The notes beneath the pieces are model-generated. The model saw only the letters and a list, made by a program, of their open reading frames with translations, was not told the origin of the DNA and did no database searches. A stretch of DNA of 64,000 nucleotides from positions 32,001-96,000 of the IMG/VR virus record IMGVR_UViG_3300037454_000475; one strand, 5' to 3'. This stretch comes from a virus. Lineage: Duplodnaviria > Caudoviricetes. Shown in pieces: positions 34,605-44,441 of the stretch. Position 1 is the first letter of the stretch, and every line of letters begins with the position of its first letter. The position numbers were made by a program, and so were the translations under genes.

Positions 34605-34820
34605 TTATTGTTCGATGAAATCCACATCATCCCATGTAAGATCCGCGATACGGACCAATGCACGGTGTTTATGGTCAATAGATTCAATTTTACAATAATC
34701 ATTATGACCACAATGTGTAATGTTCATTTCGAGGACGTAATACAGTCTGTCCGGGTATTCATCCCAACGAACCATCTCGCCAACTTTAATTTCCTGTGTA
34801 GGATTCAAATGCTCATACAT
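34605..34820 (-). CDS. Hypothetical protein
   Basis: 71-aa ORF in operon. Confidence 0.65.
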   Translation of the reverse strand: MYEHLNPTQEIKVGEMVRWDEYPDRLYYVLEMNITHCGHNDYCKIESIDHKHRALVRIADLTWDDVDFIEQ

Positions 34821-34855
34821 AAGTTATAGGTATTTCGATAATTGTTCCGTGGTCA

Positions 34856-35104
34856 TTAGATAAAAAAGTATTTGTTAATCGAATCACGAAGAGTTTTCTT
34901 GACGTTTTCGTCCGTGGCACCACACCCGGCAATATATCCGTCAAGCCAAATACCTCCCAGCGCTATTGACATTGCATTCTTTTGACCGGCATTGGCCTTT
35001 ACGCCTTCTGTAACAGCCATTTCGATCAAATCAAAAGCTTTTTCGTTATCCACACCGGCATAGTCTCCTTTAATGTAGATACCCAAAGAATCTATCTTAT
35101 TCAT
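34856..35104 (-). CDS. Hypothetical protein
   Basis: First gene after the promoter motif. Confidence 0.7.
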   Translation of the reverse strand: MNKIDSLGIYIKGDYAGVDNEKAFDLIEMAVTEGVKANAGQKNAMSIALGGIWLDGYIAGCGATDENVKKTLRDSINKYFFI

Positions 35105-35131
35105 TTGTAAAATTATTAATCGGTTTTTCAA

Positions 35132-35163
35132 TTATATATAAAGGAACTTGATGAAATATTAAC
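35132..35163 (-). promoter_or_regulatory. Putative phage promoter GTTAA-N17-TTATATATAA
   Basis: Motif with one mismatch. Confidence 0.7.
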
Positions 35164-35173
35164 AGGAAACATT

Positions 35174-35656
35174 ATGCCACACGATATAAAAAAGATACGG
35201 CCAAATCAGCGATATAAAGGAGGTCAAATCAACCCGGCGTCCTGTCGTAAACTATATGAATCACAGAAGACTCGGCCGATTATATATAGATCCTCGTATG
35301 AACGGGATTTTATCTATTGGTTGGAGCATTCCCCGAGAATTGTGCATTGGGGTAGTGAATGCGTTGGGATCCAATATACCAACCTACGGGATGGTACAAC
35401 ACATACGTATTATCCGGATTATATCATGGACATGTATAATGACCAACACGATCCATCAAAAGGTATTACCACAATACTTGTTGAAATTAAGCCATACAAT
35501 CAAACCAAAGCACCGGATCCTACGCTACCGCGAGACTCATACGCATGGAATGAGTATGTGAAGAATATCTCAAAATGGCGAGCTGCCGCGGAATTTGCCA
35601 AGCAGAACAATATGCTTTTTAAGATCTTTACCGAGAGGACTATATCAAGGCTGTAA
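35174..35656 (+). CDS. Head completion nuclease (T4 gp4 / TnsA-N-like)
   Basis: YRSSYER, WGSE, YYPD, VEIKP..QT, KW.AA and TE motifs. Confidence 0.88.
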   Translation: MPHDIKKIRPNQRYKGGQINPASCRKLYESQKTRPIIYRSSYERDFIYWLEHSPRIVHWGSECVGIQYTNLRDGTTHTYYPDYIMDMYNDQHDPSKGITTILVEIKPYNQTKAPDPTLPRDSYAWNEYVKNISKWRAAAEFAKQNNMLFKIFTERTISRL

Positions 35657-35694
35657 AAATTCGATTTTTGCGCGTTTATTTGCGATATAACAAG

Positions 35695-35758
35695 AGATCT
35701 CCTCCGCCCCTATATAGTTATTCGGGACGGAGGAGATCTCCTTTTATATGCGAGTTTT
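35695..35758. repeat. Dispersed palindromic element, copy A
   Basis: AGATCTCCTCC...GGAGGAGATCT; inverted copy at 53037-53100. Confidence 0.85.
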
Positions 35759-36288
35759 TAATTTATTGGCTCCGCTGTTTTGAAACTAACTAACCATTGA
35801 CGAGATATATTAAGGTCAAGACGTTCGGCAAATCCCCACCCGTATGGATAATGGCCGAATACATCAAGTCCTACGGCACCACTATCGAGATCATGGGTGA
35901 TTCCTTCGTATCCATATTCCTTGCATGCCCTGGCATATGCACTATCGCATGATTTTTCGCCAAAAGGATCCTGTTTAAGGCTTCGGGTATAGTTCATGTA
36001 TGCATAATCAAGAACCCCTTGTAGGAACGCGGCGTATTGACGCTTGTTTTTTATTACAAATTCATACTTCATTGAGCCATTCATGTATACGTTAACCAAA
36101 TCCCGAACATTACTGAATGATTGTACGGGGCCGGTCTTGAGGATGTTGTAATAAAGAATTTGCACCTCTTCCCAACGCTTATCCTCGGTTTTGTATACAT
36201 ATTTCTCCTTCTTTTTGAATAAGGACTTGAGTTTACCAAAGGCATCTTTGATGCCCTCATTAACTATGTACGAATATAAGTCTTTCAT
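35758..36288 (-). CDS. Putative internal virion protein (MKDLYSYIVNE)
   Basis: CTS-like N-terminus. Confidence 0.7.
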   Translation of the reverse strand: MKDLYSYIVNEGIKDAFGKLKSLFKKKEKYVYKTEDKRWEEVQILYYNILKTGPVQSFSNVRDLVNVYMNGSMKYEFVIKNKRQYAAFLQGVLDYAYMNYTRSLKQDPFGEKSCDSAYARACKEYGYEGITHDLDSGAVGLDVFGHYPYGWGFAERLDLNISRQWLVSFKTAEPIN

Positions 36289-36300
36289 AATCAATACTTT

Positions 36301-36636
36301 TTATAAATGAAGCACATTAAGATACAGATTGAATATATCTGCGTTTAATGTGTACGCCTGCTTGCATGCAAACACCGCTATTCTACGAACAAGTTTTTTC
36401 TCATCATTGGTAAGGTTTATCTTTCCGGTCTTGGAGAACTTGTCATATAATGGAGTGAGAAGGGATTTTTCATGGTCATCCATAAAGAGCGGAAAATTCT
36501 TCATATTGGGACAATACTTTTCAACCCACGTGGTTGTATCGGGATCGACCAATGATCCCAATAAATCACGTAATGTGGCAATGTCCCGATCCTCCCACTT
36601 AAATGACTCATTCAAATATTCGTATAATGGTTTCAT
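36301..36636 (-). CDS. Putative internal virion protein (MKPLYEYLNES)
   Basis: CTS-like N-terminus. Confidence 0.7.
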   Translation of the reverse strand: MKPLYEYLNESFKWEDRDIATLRDLLGSLVDPDTTTWVEKYCPNMKNFPLFMDDHEKSLLTPLYDKFSKTGKINLTNDEKKLVRRIAVFACKQAYTLNADIFNLYLNVLHL

Positions 36637-36650
36637 ATCGTTCGTTTTAT

Positions 36651-37184
36651 TTAGAAGTCAAACATTACGACTCGGCCATCCTTTGTTTCACCAAGGTTCT
36701 TCAATGCAAAATCACCAAGACCGGCACGATCACCACATATTTGGGAGAGTTCGTATTTGAGATGTGTAAGGAAATGAACGGTATCTTTCACAATACCTCT
36801 GATCGCCCATCGGATATCCATGCAGTCACCTTCTTCCGGAGTGTACCACAAGTGTCCGTCATATACCAACTGATATATTGTATCCGGTCCGGATTTTGGA
36901 AATGGTACCTGTTGGGAGGTCTTGTATATGGATTTGCATTTCGATGTGTTTGGGGTACAATCTTCACGGATAATATAATCATCCCCCACCTCGAATACCC
37001 TTGGGAGAGCCTCGATCTCGACACCCATTTGGCATGCCTGATATAGGAGTTGCCATGGAAGAGGTACCCTGCCTCGTTTGAAGACCTTTTTTACACGGCC
37101 ATCACCAAGGTCGAATACCTCCCCTTCTTCACCTTTACCAAGTGACTTGAATGATTCTTCTATGTATGTGTATAACGACTGCAT
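36651..37184 (-). CDS. Protein-kinase-like fold protein with CTS-like start (MQSLYTYIEES)
   Basis: LGKGEEGEV G-loop, VKK, GDFALKN catalytic loop, MFDF. Confidence 0.7.
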   Translation of the reverse strand: MQSLYTYIEESFKSLGKGEEGEVFDLGDGRVKKVFKRGRVPLPWQLLYQACQMGVEIEALPRVFEVGDDYIIREDCTPNTSKCKSIYKTSQQVPFPKSGPDTIYQLVYDGHLWYTPEEGDCMDIRWAIRGIVKDTVHFLTHLKYELSQICGDRAGLGDFALKNLGETKDGRVVMFDF

Positions 37185-37495
37185 TACTTGAGGCGGGTAA
37201 TATAACCCCAACTATCTTTATACACCTCACCGGGTTTAAGTTTCGCAAGTTTTGCCGCAACTTCTTCCGTTTCTCCGGCCCATTGGGTGTATCCTTCAAT
37301 ATCGCTTGTGGATATGATGTCAATTTCACCGGCATTATCATCATACATGACGTAAAGCTGGTCTGCGCGAACGTTTGATATCGGGAGGACTTCTGTTGAG
37401 CTTTCCTCATGCTTTTGAATTTTGCCATTGCAACGAAATGAACTTTCATTTACTTGGCCGAGATTTTCAATTATTGCATCTTTAAGGTCTTTCAT
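37184..37495 (-). CDS. Putative internal virion protein (MKDLKDAIIE)
   Basis: CTS-like N-terminus. Confidence 0.7.
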   Translation of the reverse strand: MKDLKDAIIENLGQVNESSFRCNGKIQKHEESSTEVLPISNVRADQLYVMYDDNAGEIDIISTSDIEGYTQWAGETEEVAAKLAKLKPGEVYKDSWGYITRLK

Positions 37496-37511
37496 TGGTT
37501 TATGTTTTGTT

Positions 37512-37877
37512 TTATTCAATGGTGTATCCATCTATGTAGTCATTATCCGTCTCCCCTTCATTATCACATGAAAGTGATATCGTGACATCATTCTCCTTGT
37601 TTTTGAACCATCCTTCACCTACATTGGTTCCGTTTCCGGTTATCTCAATGAATTTCCACTTTCCTGGTAGAATTGAATTTAGGTATTTTTCGGCGGATGC
37701 TCTTTCAGCCTTGTCGGATTCAGCCCAGTTGAAAAACCAAGCATCAATCGATTTATCGGATATACATTTTTCAAGTGCGGAGCGGACTTTCTCCACAAAG
37801 GCATCCCGGTTTGAAGACTCAGTTACCCCGTTTACATGATCCAATGATTCGTTTAAAAAATCTTTCAAGTCCTTCAT
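37512..37877 (-). CDS. Putative internal virion protein (MKDLKDFLNES)
   Basis: CTS-like N-terminus. Confidence 0.7.
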   Translation of the reverse strand: MKDLKDFLNESLDHVNGVTESSNRDAFVEKVRSALEKCISDKSIDAWFFNWAESDKAERASAEKYLNSILPGKWKFIEITGNGTNVGEGWFKNKENDVTISLSCDNEGETDNDYIDGYTIE

Positions 37878-37878
37878 A

Positions 37879-38562
37879 TTACAATGCGTCAATGTATTTT
37901 TGGTAACCGGGTTCCTCCAACACAATACCAACAAATGCGTTGGAACCGTCCATCTCATATTTCTTGATAATCTTTTTGGCCATGGTATTGCCGTATTTCC
38001 TTACAAGATAATGTTTTGCAATTTCATCGGCCTTATCGTATTGGTCTCCACCGTCCATCCAATCGTAAAACATTTCTTGGGTCATACCCATTTGCTCAAG
38101 GTGTCTTGGCACGGTGCCATATTCATCGATATCCTTGCTTTCAAACAAAGGTTCCGGCGAATTATTGAACGCCCAGCATGCAATGTTTAGCACATCAATC
38201 ATTTGGGTGAGATCAAGGCCGCGTTGATTGAAGAAATCAAGATCTTGAGGCGTGAGATCCCTGTTTTTCCTGTTATATTCATCGAATGACCCTTGTTTGA
38301 GTTTGAAACGGTAATGCACCATACGGGTAGCGCGCCAGCTTGGACACTCAACCTCCAACATATTTGTATCATAATTGAATGCAAATGTTGCCTCGTTAAA
38401 GGCTTTGTCGTAATTATGGGATCCGCTGAATTGTTCCCATTCACTACCAAATAATCCAGGGCGGTATATTACTGTCCTACCTTTATAAGCACATGGAGTC
38501 TTCTGTTTGGATGTAGGAGTGGACTCCAACATACTTGTAAGATGTTCTTGAAGTGATTTCAT
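37879..38562 (-). CDS. Putative internal virion protein (MKSLQEHLTSMLES)
   Basis: CTS-like N-terminus; shares FNNSPEP.F motif with its neighbour. Confidence 0.75.
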   Translation of the reverse strand: MKSLQEHLTSMLESTPTSKQKTPCAYKGRTVIYRPGLFGSEWEQFSGSHNYDKAFNEATFAFNYDTNMLEVECPSWRATRMVHYRFKLKQGSFDEYNRKNRDLTPQDLDFFNQRGLDLTQMIDVLNIACWAFNNSPEPLFESKDIDEYGTVPRHLEQMGMTQEMFYDWMDGGDQYDKADEIAKHYLVRKYGNTMAKKIIKKYEMDGSNAFVGIVLEEPGYQKYIDAL

Positions 38563-38575
38563 ATTGTTTTATCGC

Positions 38576-39064
38576 TTATTTGTAAATTTGTGGGCCTTTA
38601 GGTGATGTTTTAAAAATTGGCTCCGGTGAGTTGTTAAAGAAGTAACAAACAAACCACGCCATTTTTTCGGCGACATCTGCACCAAATTTATTCTTCGCCT
38701 TGGGTGGAATCTTGAGATCCTTAACGGTTAACCCGTTAGGCTTGTTTTGATAATCGTGATAAGTAACGAGGTCGTCTGCCACCTTAAAATCGTAGCTCAC
38801 TGTTCCGGTATTATATGGGTCATCCATCACCGGGGTAACAAGGCTGATCTTCTTATCGTCATAATACATCACGATTTTGACATAGTCGAACTCTTCGTCA
38901 TCTGTGCTTACATCCATGCCAATTTCATCGAATCTCTCCTTGGTGATCCGATCACACTTGTCAAAATTGAAACGATATGTGGCGGCATGAGTTCTTTCGT
39001 TAAGTTCCCAATATTGTGCACCTTCATTAAGGGTTTCAACAAGATGTTCCTGAAGTGATTTCAT
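38576..39064 (-). CDS. Putative internal virion protein (MKSLQEHLVE)
   Basis: Paralog of 37879-38562. Confidence 0.75.
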   Translation of the reverse strand: MKSLQEHLVETLNEGAQYWELNERTHAATYRFNFDKCDRITKERFDEIGMDVSTDDEEFDYVKIVMYYDDKKISLVTPVMDDPYNTGTVSYDFKVADDLVTYHDYQNKPNGLTVKDLKIPPKAKNKFGADVAEKMAWFVCYFFNNSPEPIFKTSPKGPQIYK

Positions 39065-39136
39065 ATTGTGTTGTTTGTATTTTTCCTTTTAATAATACTC
39101 ATATGGTTATATAAACAATATTTGAGCATGTTAACA

Positions 39137-40003
39137 TTAGATGGTATTTGGTTGGAAGAAATAATCAGCTGCGTGGTTATTCGTAATCCATTCCCTGATA
39201 CGATCGAGCTCCTCGGAAGCCGGATCGGAATATGCTGAAACATTGATTTCAACGCCACCCGGGTATTTGAATGTAAACGTACCGTATATTTGGGCAAGTG
39301 CGGCCTTCACGCTACATATACAGTAACGTTTGAACATATGGCTATTATACAAATCCTGCAGGCGGACTCTCTTCCATGTGTCGATAACTATATTGGAACC
39401 CTTACTATCACCAATGATGGTGAGTTTTTTGGAGTATTCATTGAAATTATATGAAAGGGTCGGTTCAAGGGTTTGTTTGAAGGTATCAATCTCATACATA
39501 CCGATCACAACATCCGATAATTTGAATCCACTAACTCCATTGAACGCTCCACCCACTCCAGCGGCACCTCCACCACCGATACTTCCGAGACCACCAAATG
39601 TGGCATATGATGACATCATCATACGTTCGATGGAGAAATCTCCAAGGTTTCCGTACATGGTTTCGGAGGATCTATAGCATCCTTGAACAGCCATAATTTG
39701 TACCGGAAGTTGGATTATCTTATTGAATGTGTTACCTTTACAGAGCTCGGAGTTTGGTATGAAATAAAATCGTTGCTCAACCGCACTGTCATCATTTTCC
39801 CAAAAATACCCGGCAGCATCCAGTATAATTGCCGGGATACGTTCCAAAGGTATAGGAGATGGGAGTACACAGGATTGGGTAACTGCGTTTATAACGCTTT
39901 GCATAAATTGCATATCGACTTCATCCTCCCAAGAAGCTGTATCAACCCTGTTGTTATGTTCATTATATTCTTTCGGGATAAATCCGGTTGGTCCTGATTC
40001 CAT
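39137..40003 (-). CDS. Neck protein (T4 gp13-like)
   Basis: C-terminal ...KYPGGVEIN...ASEEL pattern. Confidence 0.75.
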   Translation of the reverse strand: MESGPTGFIPKEYNEHNNRVDTASWEDEVDMQFMQSVINAVTQSCVLPSPIPLERIPAIILDAAGYFWENDDSAVEQRFYFIPNSELCKGNTFNKIIQLPVQIMAVQGCYRSSETMYGNLGDFSIERMMMSSYATFGGLGSIGGGGAAGVGGAFNGVSGFKLSDVVIGMYEIDTFKQTLEPTLSYNFNEYSKKLTIIGDSKGSNIVIDTWKRVRLQDLYNSHMFKRYCICSVKAALAQIYGTFTFKYPGGVEINVSAYSDPASEELDRIREWITNNHAADYFFQPNTI

Positions 40004-40034
40004 GGTTATTATTTCAATTCTTTTATAAAATAAT

Positions 40035-40057
40035 AAAAGGCTCCGGTGGGAGCCTTT
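40035..40057. terminator. Intrinsic terminator
   Basis: AAAGGCTCC-GGTG-GGAGCCTTT. Confidence 0.75.
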
Positions 40058-40077
40058 AGATTGATATTTATGTGTTT

Positions 40078-41580
40078 TTAATACTTCTTACCACCACGTA
40101 GGGATTGAAGTTTCATTTGTTCCTTAATCATACGTTCGGCTTGGGCATCATCATCAACATCCTCGAATACCTTGGCCACCGTGACAAAAGAACGGATGGA
40201 AATTTCCATTTTTGATTTACTACCGGCAAGATCCTCGAGGTATTTAAGGGCTTTGAACTTGGCATCCACGGAGAGTTTGTTCGGCATAATTGCCGGCATA
40301 ATACTCTTAACCAACCCAAGACATTCTTCCACGGTAAATTCAAGGTCACAAATAAGACCACGGTTACGGATTGCCGTATCGATTTGACCGGCATTACGGT
40401 TTGTAATGATAATCATTGAACCCTCGGTGATGAATGATTTTGGATAGGTGTGTAATTCTCCACCACCACGCACGACCATAACGCCACAAATTTCCTGATC
40501 CTCATAAGGGAGGCTCATGTATTCCTCTTCGGACATTATTGGTGGTTTCGAGGTGCCATAACTAACAATACGTTCATCGCTGGAATCGGTTGCAGCCTTA
40601 ATAAGATTGATGATGGTTTCATCCGTCAATACATCATCGGCATCATCGCAAATAAGAATATCGCCTTCATGACGGAAATGGAACAAGTCCATATAAAACG
40701 CCAAGGCGGTTTCCTTACCTTTAATGACTTTGAAGTTGCGGCCGGAAGATTTCACTTTCTGCATAACCCGATAGGTCTTACCTACACCCGGGGCGCCACA
40801 AATAAGAACACTGGGTTGGAGACCTTTCAAGACCATACTAACGTAATGTTCCATGTCACTGAAACGTTCCTCCGGTGTGGCACGTTGTTCAAATTCATCC
40901 TCCTGTGCCCGGTATTCACCACTATCTCCTTCAACATTAACGGATACGCCTGAACGAACTGATATTTTGGCCTCCTGATATTGGCGATCTATATCGTCAA
41001 ATTCAGCTTGTAAACTGGTGATATCCTTTCCTTTTTTCTTCCAATCATGAATACGATGGCGGAGAAGTTCACGCTGTTTCTTGAGGGCATCAATATTGTC
41101 CTCATTGATGGCGAAAAAACCAGCTCCTTCGTTTAATGATTCATAGAGCTGATGTTCATTGAACCACTTACGAATATCATTTGCGTCCATTTTCGTTTTG
41201 CCGGAGACAACATCACGTACCAATGGAAGAACTTGGACAAGTGGAATACCATTGACATTACAGCTTACGTCAAATTTGCATTTACCACCTTCGGTAAGTA
41301 AAAGAAGGATTTTCGCAGCCTCATTGGTAAACATCACACCATCAAGCTCGGTCGATTTACCTTGCTTCCAAAGGAAATATGCTCCTTTCATGGTTTGACA
41401 TGAGTAAGCAAAATATCCGTAATATTTAATTCCTTCCACAGTGAGGTTGCTTATATCCTTACGGATAAAGATATGGCTCTTCTTGAGGTAATTTTGAATG
41501 GTCGTCGTGGCCTCCTGAAATTGGCCGTTGGCGATTGCCTCATTTACTGTGTTTGTTATGTAGTATCGGAGGTCTATCAT
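40078..41580 (-). CDS. AAA+ ATPase
   Basis: Walker A GAPGVGKT, Walker B ILICDD, sensor IITN, arginine finger AIRNR. Confidence 0.88.
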   Translation of the reverse strand: MIDLRYYITNTVNEAIANGQFQEATTTIQNYLKKSHIFIRKDISNLTVEGIKYYGYFAYSCQTMKGAYFLWKQGKSTELDGVMFTNEAAKILLLLTEGGKCKFDVSCNVNGIPLVQVLPLVRDVVSGKTKMDANDIRKWFNEHQLYESLNEGAGFFAINEDNIDALKKQRELLRHRIHDWKKKGKDITSLQAEFDDIDRQYQEAKISVRSGVSVNVEGDSGEYRAQEDEFEQRATPEERFSDMEHYVSMVLKGLQPSVLICGAPGVGKTYRVMQKVKSSGRNFKVIKGKETALAFYMDLFHFRHEGDILICDDADDVLTDETIINLIKAATDSSDERIVSYGTSKPPIMSEEEYMSLPYEDQEICGVMVVRGGGELHTYPKSFITEGSMIIITNRNAGQIDTAIRNRGLICDLEFTVEECLGLVKSIMPAIMPNKLSVDAKFKALKYLEDLAGSKSKMEISIRSFVTVAKVFEDVDDDAQAERMIKEQMKLQSLRGGKKY

Positions 41581-41594
41581 GGTGTTCCTGTTTT

Positions 41595-41978
41595 TTAGTA
41601 TTGGCTATTGATGAAATCGGTGAGTTCCTTGGTAAACTCCGGGGTCTTACGGGCTTTTCCGTATTTCTCATAGAATTTCATCACGGTTGGAACGATATCC
41701 GCCTTACGTTTTATGACAACTTCATCCTTGTCGTTTTTCCATGCGGTGATTACACCGGTTTTATCATCATAGTGGAACGAACAGAATACGCCGCCAAAAG
41801 CATCGGTTTCGATGGCGACAAGTTTAAAACCATAATCGGGGTAATCTTTCACATCCACCTGACATTCAAGTTTCTTGGCAATATCCTTACACAAGTCAAC
41901 GAATACATTGAAGTCCTTAAATAGACCACGTGATTCATTGGTAAGGGATTCGGTCAAATGTTCCTGAAGGGATTTCAT
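41595..41978 (-). CDS. Putative internal virion protein (MKSLQEHLTES)
   Basis: CTS-like N-terminus. Confidence 0.72.
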   Translation of the reverse strand: MKSLQEHLTESLTNESRGLFKDFNVFVDLCKDIAKKLECQVDVKDYPDYGFKLVAIETDAFGGVFCSFHYDDKTGVITAWKNDKDEVVIKRKADIVPTVMKFYEKYGKARKTPEFTKELTDFINSQY

Positions 41979-42006
41979 AATCGCTACTTTATTTCCATTA
42001 AATAAT

Positions 42007-42029
42007 AAAAGGCCTCCGTAGAGGCCTTT
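42007..42029. terminator. Intrinsic terminator
   Basis: AAAGGCCTC-CGTA-GAGGCCTTT. Confidence 0.75.
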
Positions 42030-42061
42030 ACCGAGGAATTTATGCTATCTTGCATGGGCTC

Positions 42062-42931
42062 TTATACACCACGTTTGTCGCCCCACAAACGGATATGAAG
42101 GCGATCGGCGAACCTCCAGCCTCGTTCGATACAAACCTTGGCGGCTTCGAGGCCGTTTTTGTTGATTTGATCGGCTGTAACACCTTCGGGCATCAACATG
42201 ATATCTTCGGGATATATGGTTTTACCCATCTTACGGAGGGTGTCCACTAACTCATCGATATCCTTCACTGATTCCGGGCCGGAGTAGACGAACTTCAATT
42301 GGAAATCCTGCATATCCATCATGGCTGCAATAGCATCGGGATTGTAGCGGGTCTTGTTGAGTTTTTCAACTTCAGCCTTTGTGAAGGTTTTCGATACCAC
42401 CTTACCATCATGTGTGTAGTAATATGGTTTGTCGGGAACCGGCATTGAAGTTGACAGCTTGGGCGAAATGCTGTACAAATCAACAACTTGCTTGATTGGG
42501 CCGAAAGTGCCGTTTGTTTCAATGGTGATACGATAATCCATATCGTTTATACATCCAATGTATTCGATAAGATCATCAAGTTCCTCACCGAACATTAACG
42601 GTTCTCCGCCGGTAAAAACGATGTCAATGATATTTGGGTTCTTTTGAAGCATGGTGACCACGTCATCCTTACTGTATTTGCCCTTTTCCGGGCTAAATGA
42701 GGAGTATGCGGTGTCACACACGGTGTTCTTAAAGCAACAACGAAGGTTGCATCCGGATATCCTAACGAACAGGCTGGGCATACCAACGTATTTACCTTCA
42801 CCCTGGAGTGAGACAAATAAGTCAACAATGTTGAGTCTATCACACAAACGTGCGAGTTCTTCCGGTTCCTTATTACGTCTCTTCACTGGGGTTGACATGT
42901 CCAGTTCTTCGTGTTTTTCGTGTTTTTTCAT
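42062..42931 (-). CDS. queE: 7-carboxy-7-deazaguanine synthase (radical SAM)
   Basis: SLQGEG, GCNLRC...CDT, TGGEP, IETNG, SPK and RLH..LWG motifs. Confidence 0.93.
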   Translation of the reverse strand: MKKHEKHEELDMSTPVKRRNKEPEELARLCDRLNIVDLFVSLQGEGKYVGMPSLFVRISGCNLRCCFKNTVCDTAYSSFSPEKGKYSKDDVVTMLQKNPNIIDIVFTGGEPLMFGEELDDLIEYIGCINDMDYRITIETNGTFGPIKQVVDLYSISPKLSTSMPVPDKPYYYTHDGKVVSKTFTKAEVEKLNKTRYNPDAIAAMMDMQDFQLKFVYSGPESVKDIDELVDTLRKMGKTIYPEDIMLMPEGVTADQINKNGLEAAKVCIERGWRFADRLHIRLWGDKRGV

Positions 42932-42946
42932 ACTGTGGAACTTTTT

Positions 42947-43576
42947 TTATCTCCAGTCGTTATCTTGACCTGTAGGATTTGCTTTTACCTGATTGTACGG
43001 CGAATATTCCGGGTTAATGGTTGCGTTGGGGTTTGCAAGAAGGAGAGCGAGGTCTCCACTGATATCCTCCTTGACGGCATCACTCAAACCAATGCGGTAG
43101 AAGTTGTTCTTATCCCACATGGTATCAAGATCCGCCTCGCAACAATGAGCGTATCCGGATTCGGTTTCATGGTAGATAACACCACAACAATGAAGATTCT
43201 TATCTTCGCCATTGATCTTGGCTGTGTGACGGATGATGTGGTTGATCGCGTCCATGAAGAATAACGAAAGCATCTCGGCTGTTGGATTGAATGGAAGGGC
43301 AATCCAGCGATCACTGTCGGAAATGATATTGCTGATATAACTGGGGTCATCCTTATCCCAATACACAAAACAGTGATCGAACATATCGATGAACTGTTTG
43401 ACCGTACCTTTCATCAAACCAAAATCATAAAGCATTCCTGCCTTGTCAAGGTGTGTACCTTCGAGAAGAACCTCGATGACCGCACTATGACCATGCATTG
43501 AATGCGAGCAACGTTTGGATGAACAATTACGGACGATATGTCCCATTTCCACCCTGTACTTTTTGCGTATAATCAT
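42947..43576 (-). CDS. queD: 6-carboxytetrahydropterin synthase
   Basis: GH...C....HGH, DFG, FDH, NPTAE and ET motifs. Confidence 0.92.
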   Translation of the reverse strand: MIIRKKYRVEMGHIVRNCSSKRCSHSMHGHSAVIEVLLEGTHLDKAGMLYDFGLMKGTVKQFIDMFDHCFVYWDKDDPSYISNIISDSDRWIALPFNPTAEMLSLFFMDAINHIIRHTAKINGEDKNLHCCGVIYHETESGYAHCCEADLDTMWDKNNFYRIGLSDAVKEDISGDLALLLANPNATINPEYSPYNQVKANPTGQDNDWR

Positions 43577-43622
43577 TTTGTTGTACTTTAATTTAATTAA
43601 TATATTAAAGGTCAAAGTAAGT

Positions 43623-44132
43623 TTACTTGTATGCCTTAACCGTGGTAGCGATCACGCTGTTTTCTGCATCCGGGTACTTTTCCTTGACCTTGGCGATGAT
43701 ATCCTTCATAAATGGCATGATGTTACCATTGAAGGCGTGGTCTGTCATAGCCTTAATCTTGAGGAAATTTTCAACCACACACTTGGTTTCCTCCTCGATC
43801 TGTTCCTTCGTAGGGCCTTTAGCTGAATCCGGGAGAAGACTGAAAATGATATCAGCTTCCCCGAGTTCATCAGCGGCACGCTGTTGCTCACCGGCGTTTT
43901 TATAGATGTCAGCGGCTTTCTTGCGTTTGGCGATCATATCTTTCAGGATGGCAATTTCCTGATCGTCAGTAGGGATGTGGGTGGCATTATATCCGGCAGT
44001 TGCAAGCTCGGTTTTGACTGCACGGAATACCTCGAGGGTTATCTTGATACTTTCCTCCTCGATCAAATTGCTTGCGTGTGCTTTGTCCTTGATTGCGTTT
44101 GCAATCAATTCGTCAATTTTTTCGTGAATCAT
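43623..44132 (-). CDS. GatB/YqeY domain protein
   Basis: IL..MI.KR......Y..AG....A..E..E.......LP pattern. Confidence 0.85.
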   Translation of the reverse strand: MIHEKIDELIANAIKDKAHASNLIEEESIKITLEVFRAVKTELATAGYNATHIPTDDQEIAILKDMIAKRKKAADIYKNAGEQQRAADELGEADIIFSLLPDSAKGPTKEQIEEETKCVVENFLKIKAMTDHAFNGNIMPFMKDIIAKVKEKYPDAENSVIATTVKAYK

Positions 44133-44144
44133 GGTTGTTTTGTT

Positions 44145-44441
44145 TTATTTGGTTATTTCATCTGTGTATTTGTTGATAGGTGTTGCATTTTTCCATACCT
44201 CTTGAGGGGTAAGTCCGAGATCCGGTCTGTACCAAAGGGGGTTCACGGTGACCACCTGATGTACAGTGATATGTCCATCTTCTTCAAGATGGCAATGAAC
44301 ATTTACATTGGTCACTGTATTTGGACCTCCCCAAAAATCGAAGATATCACCAAGCGAGAACTTCCAGTCAATTGGGAACTGCCCAATGATGTAGGTTTGG
44401 TGTGTTTCGGGATCATCCCATCTGAATTGTACAACGTTCAT
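44145..44441 (-). CDS. Hypothetical protein
   Basis: ATGA-coupled to the sigma factor gene. Confidence 0.65.
   Translation of the reverse strand: MNVVQFRWDDPETHQTYIIGQFPIDWKFSLGDIFDFWGGPNTVTNVNVHCHLEEDGHITVHQVVTVNPLWYRPDLGLTPQEVWKNATPINKYTDEITK

Noticed and set aside
35174-35656. Tn7 TnsA transposase
   Set aside because: No tnsB/tnsC. The motifs and T4-like context fit gp4 head completion protein.
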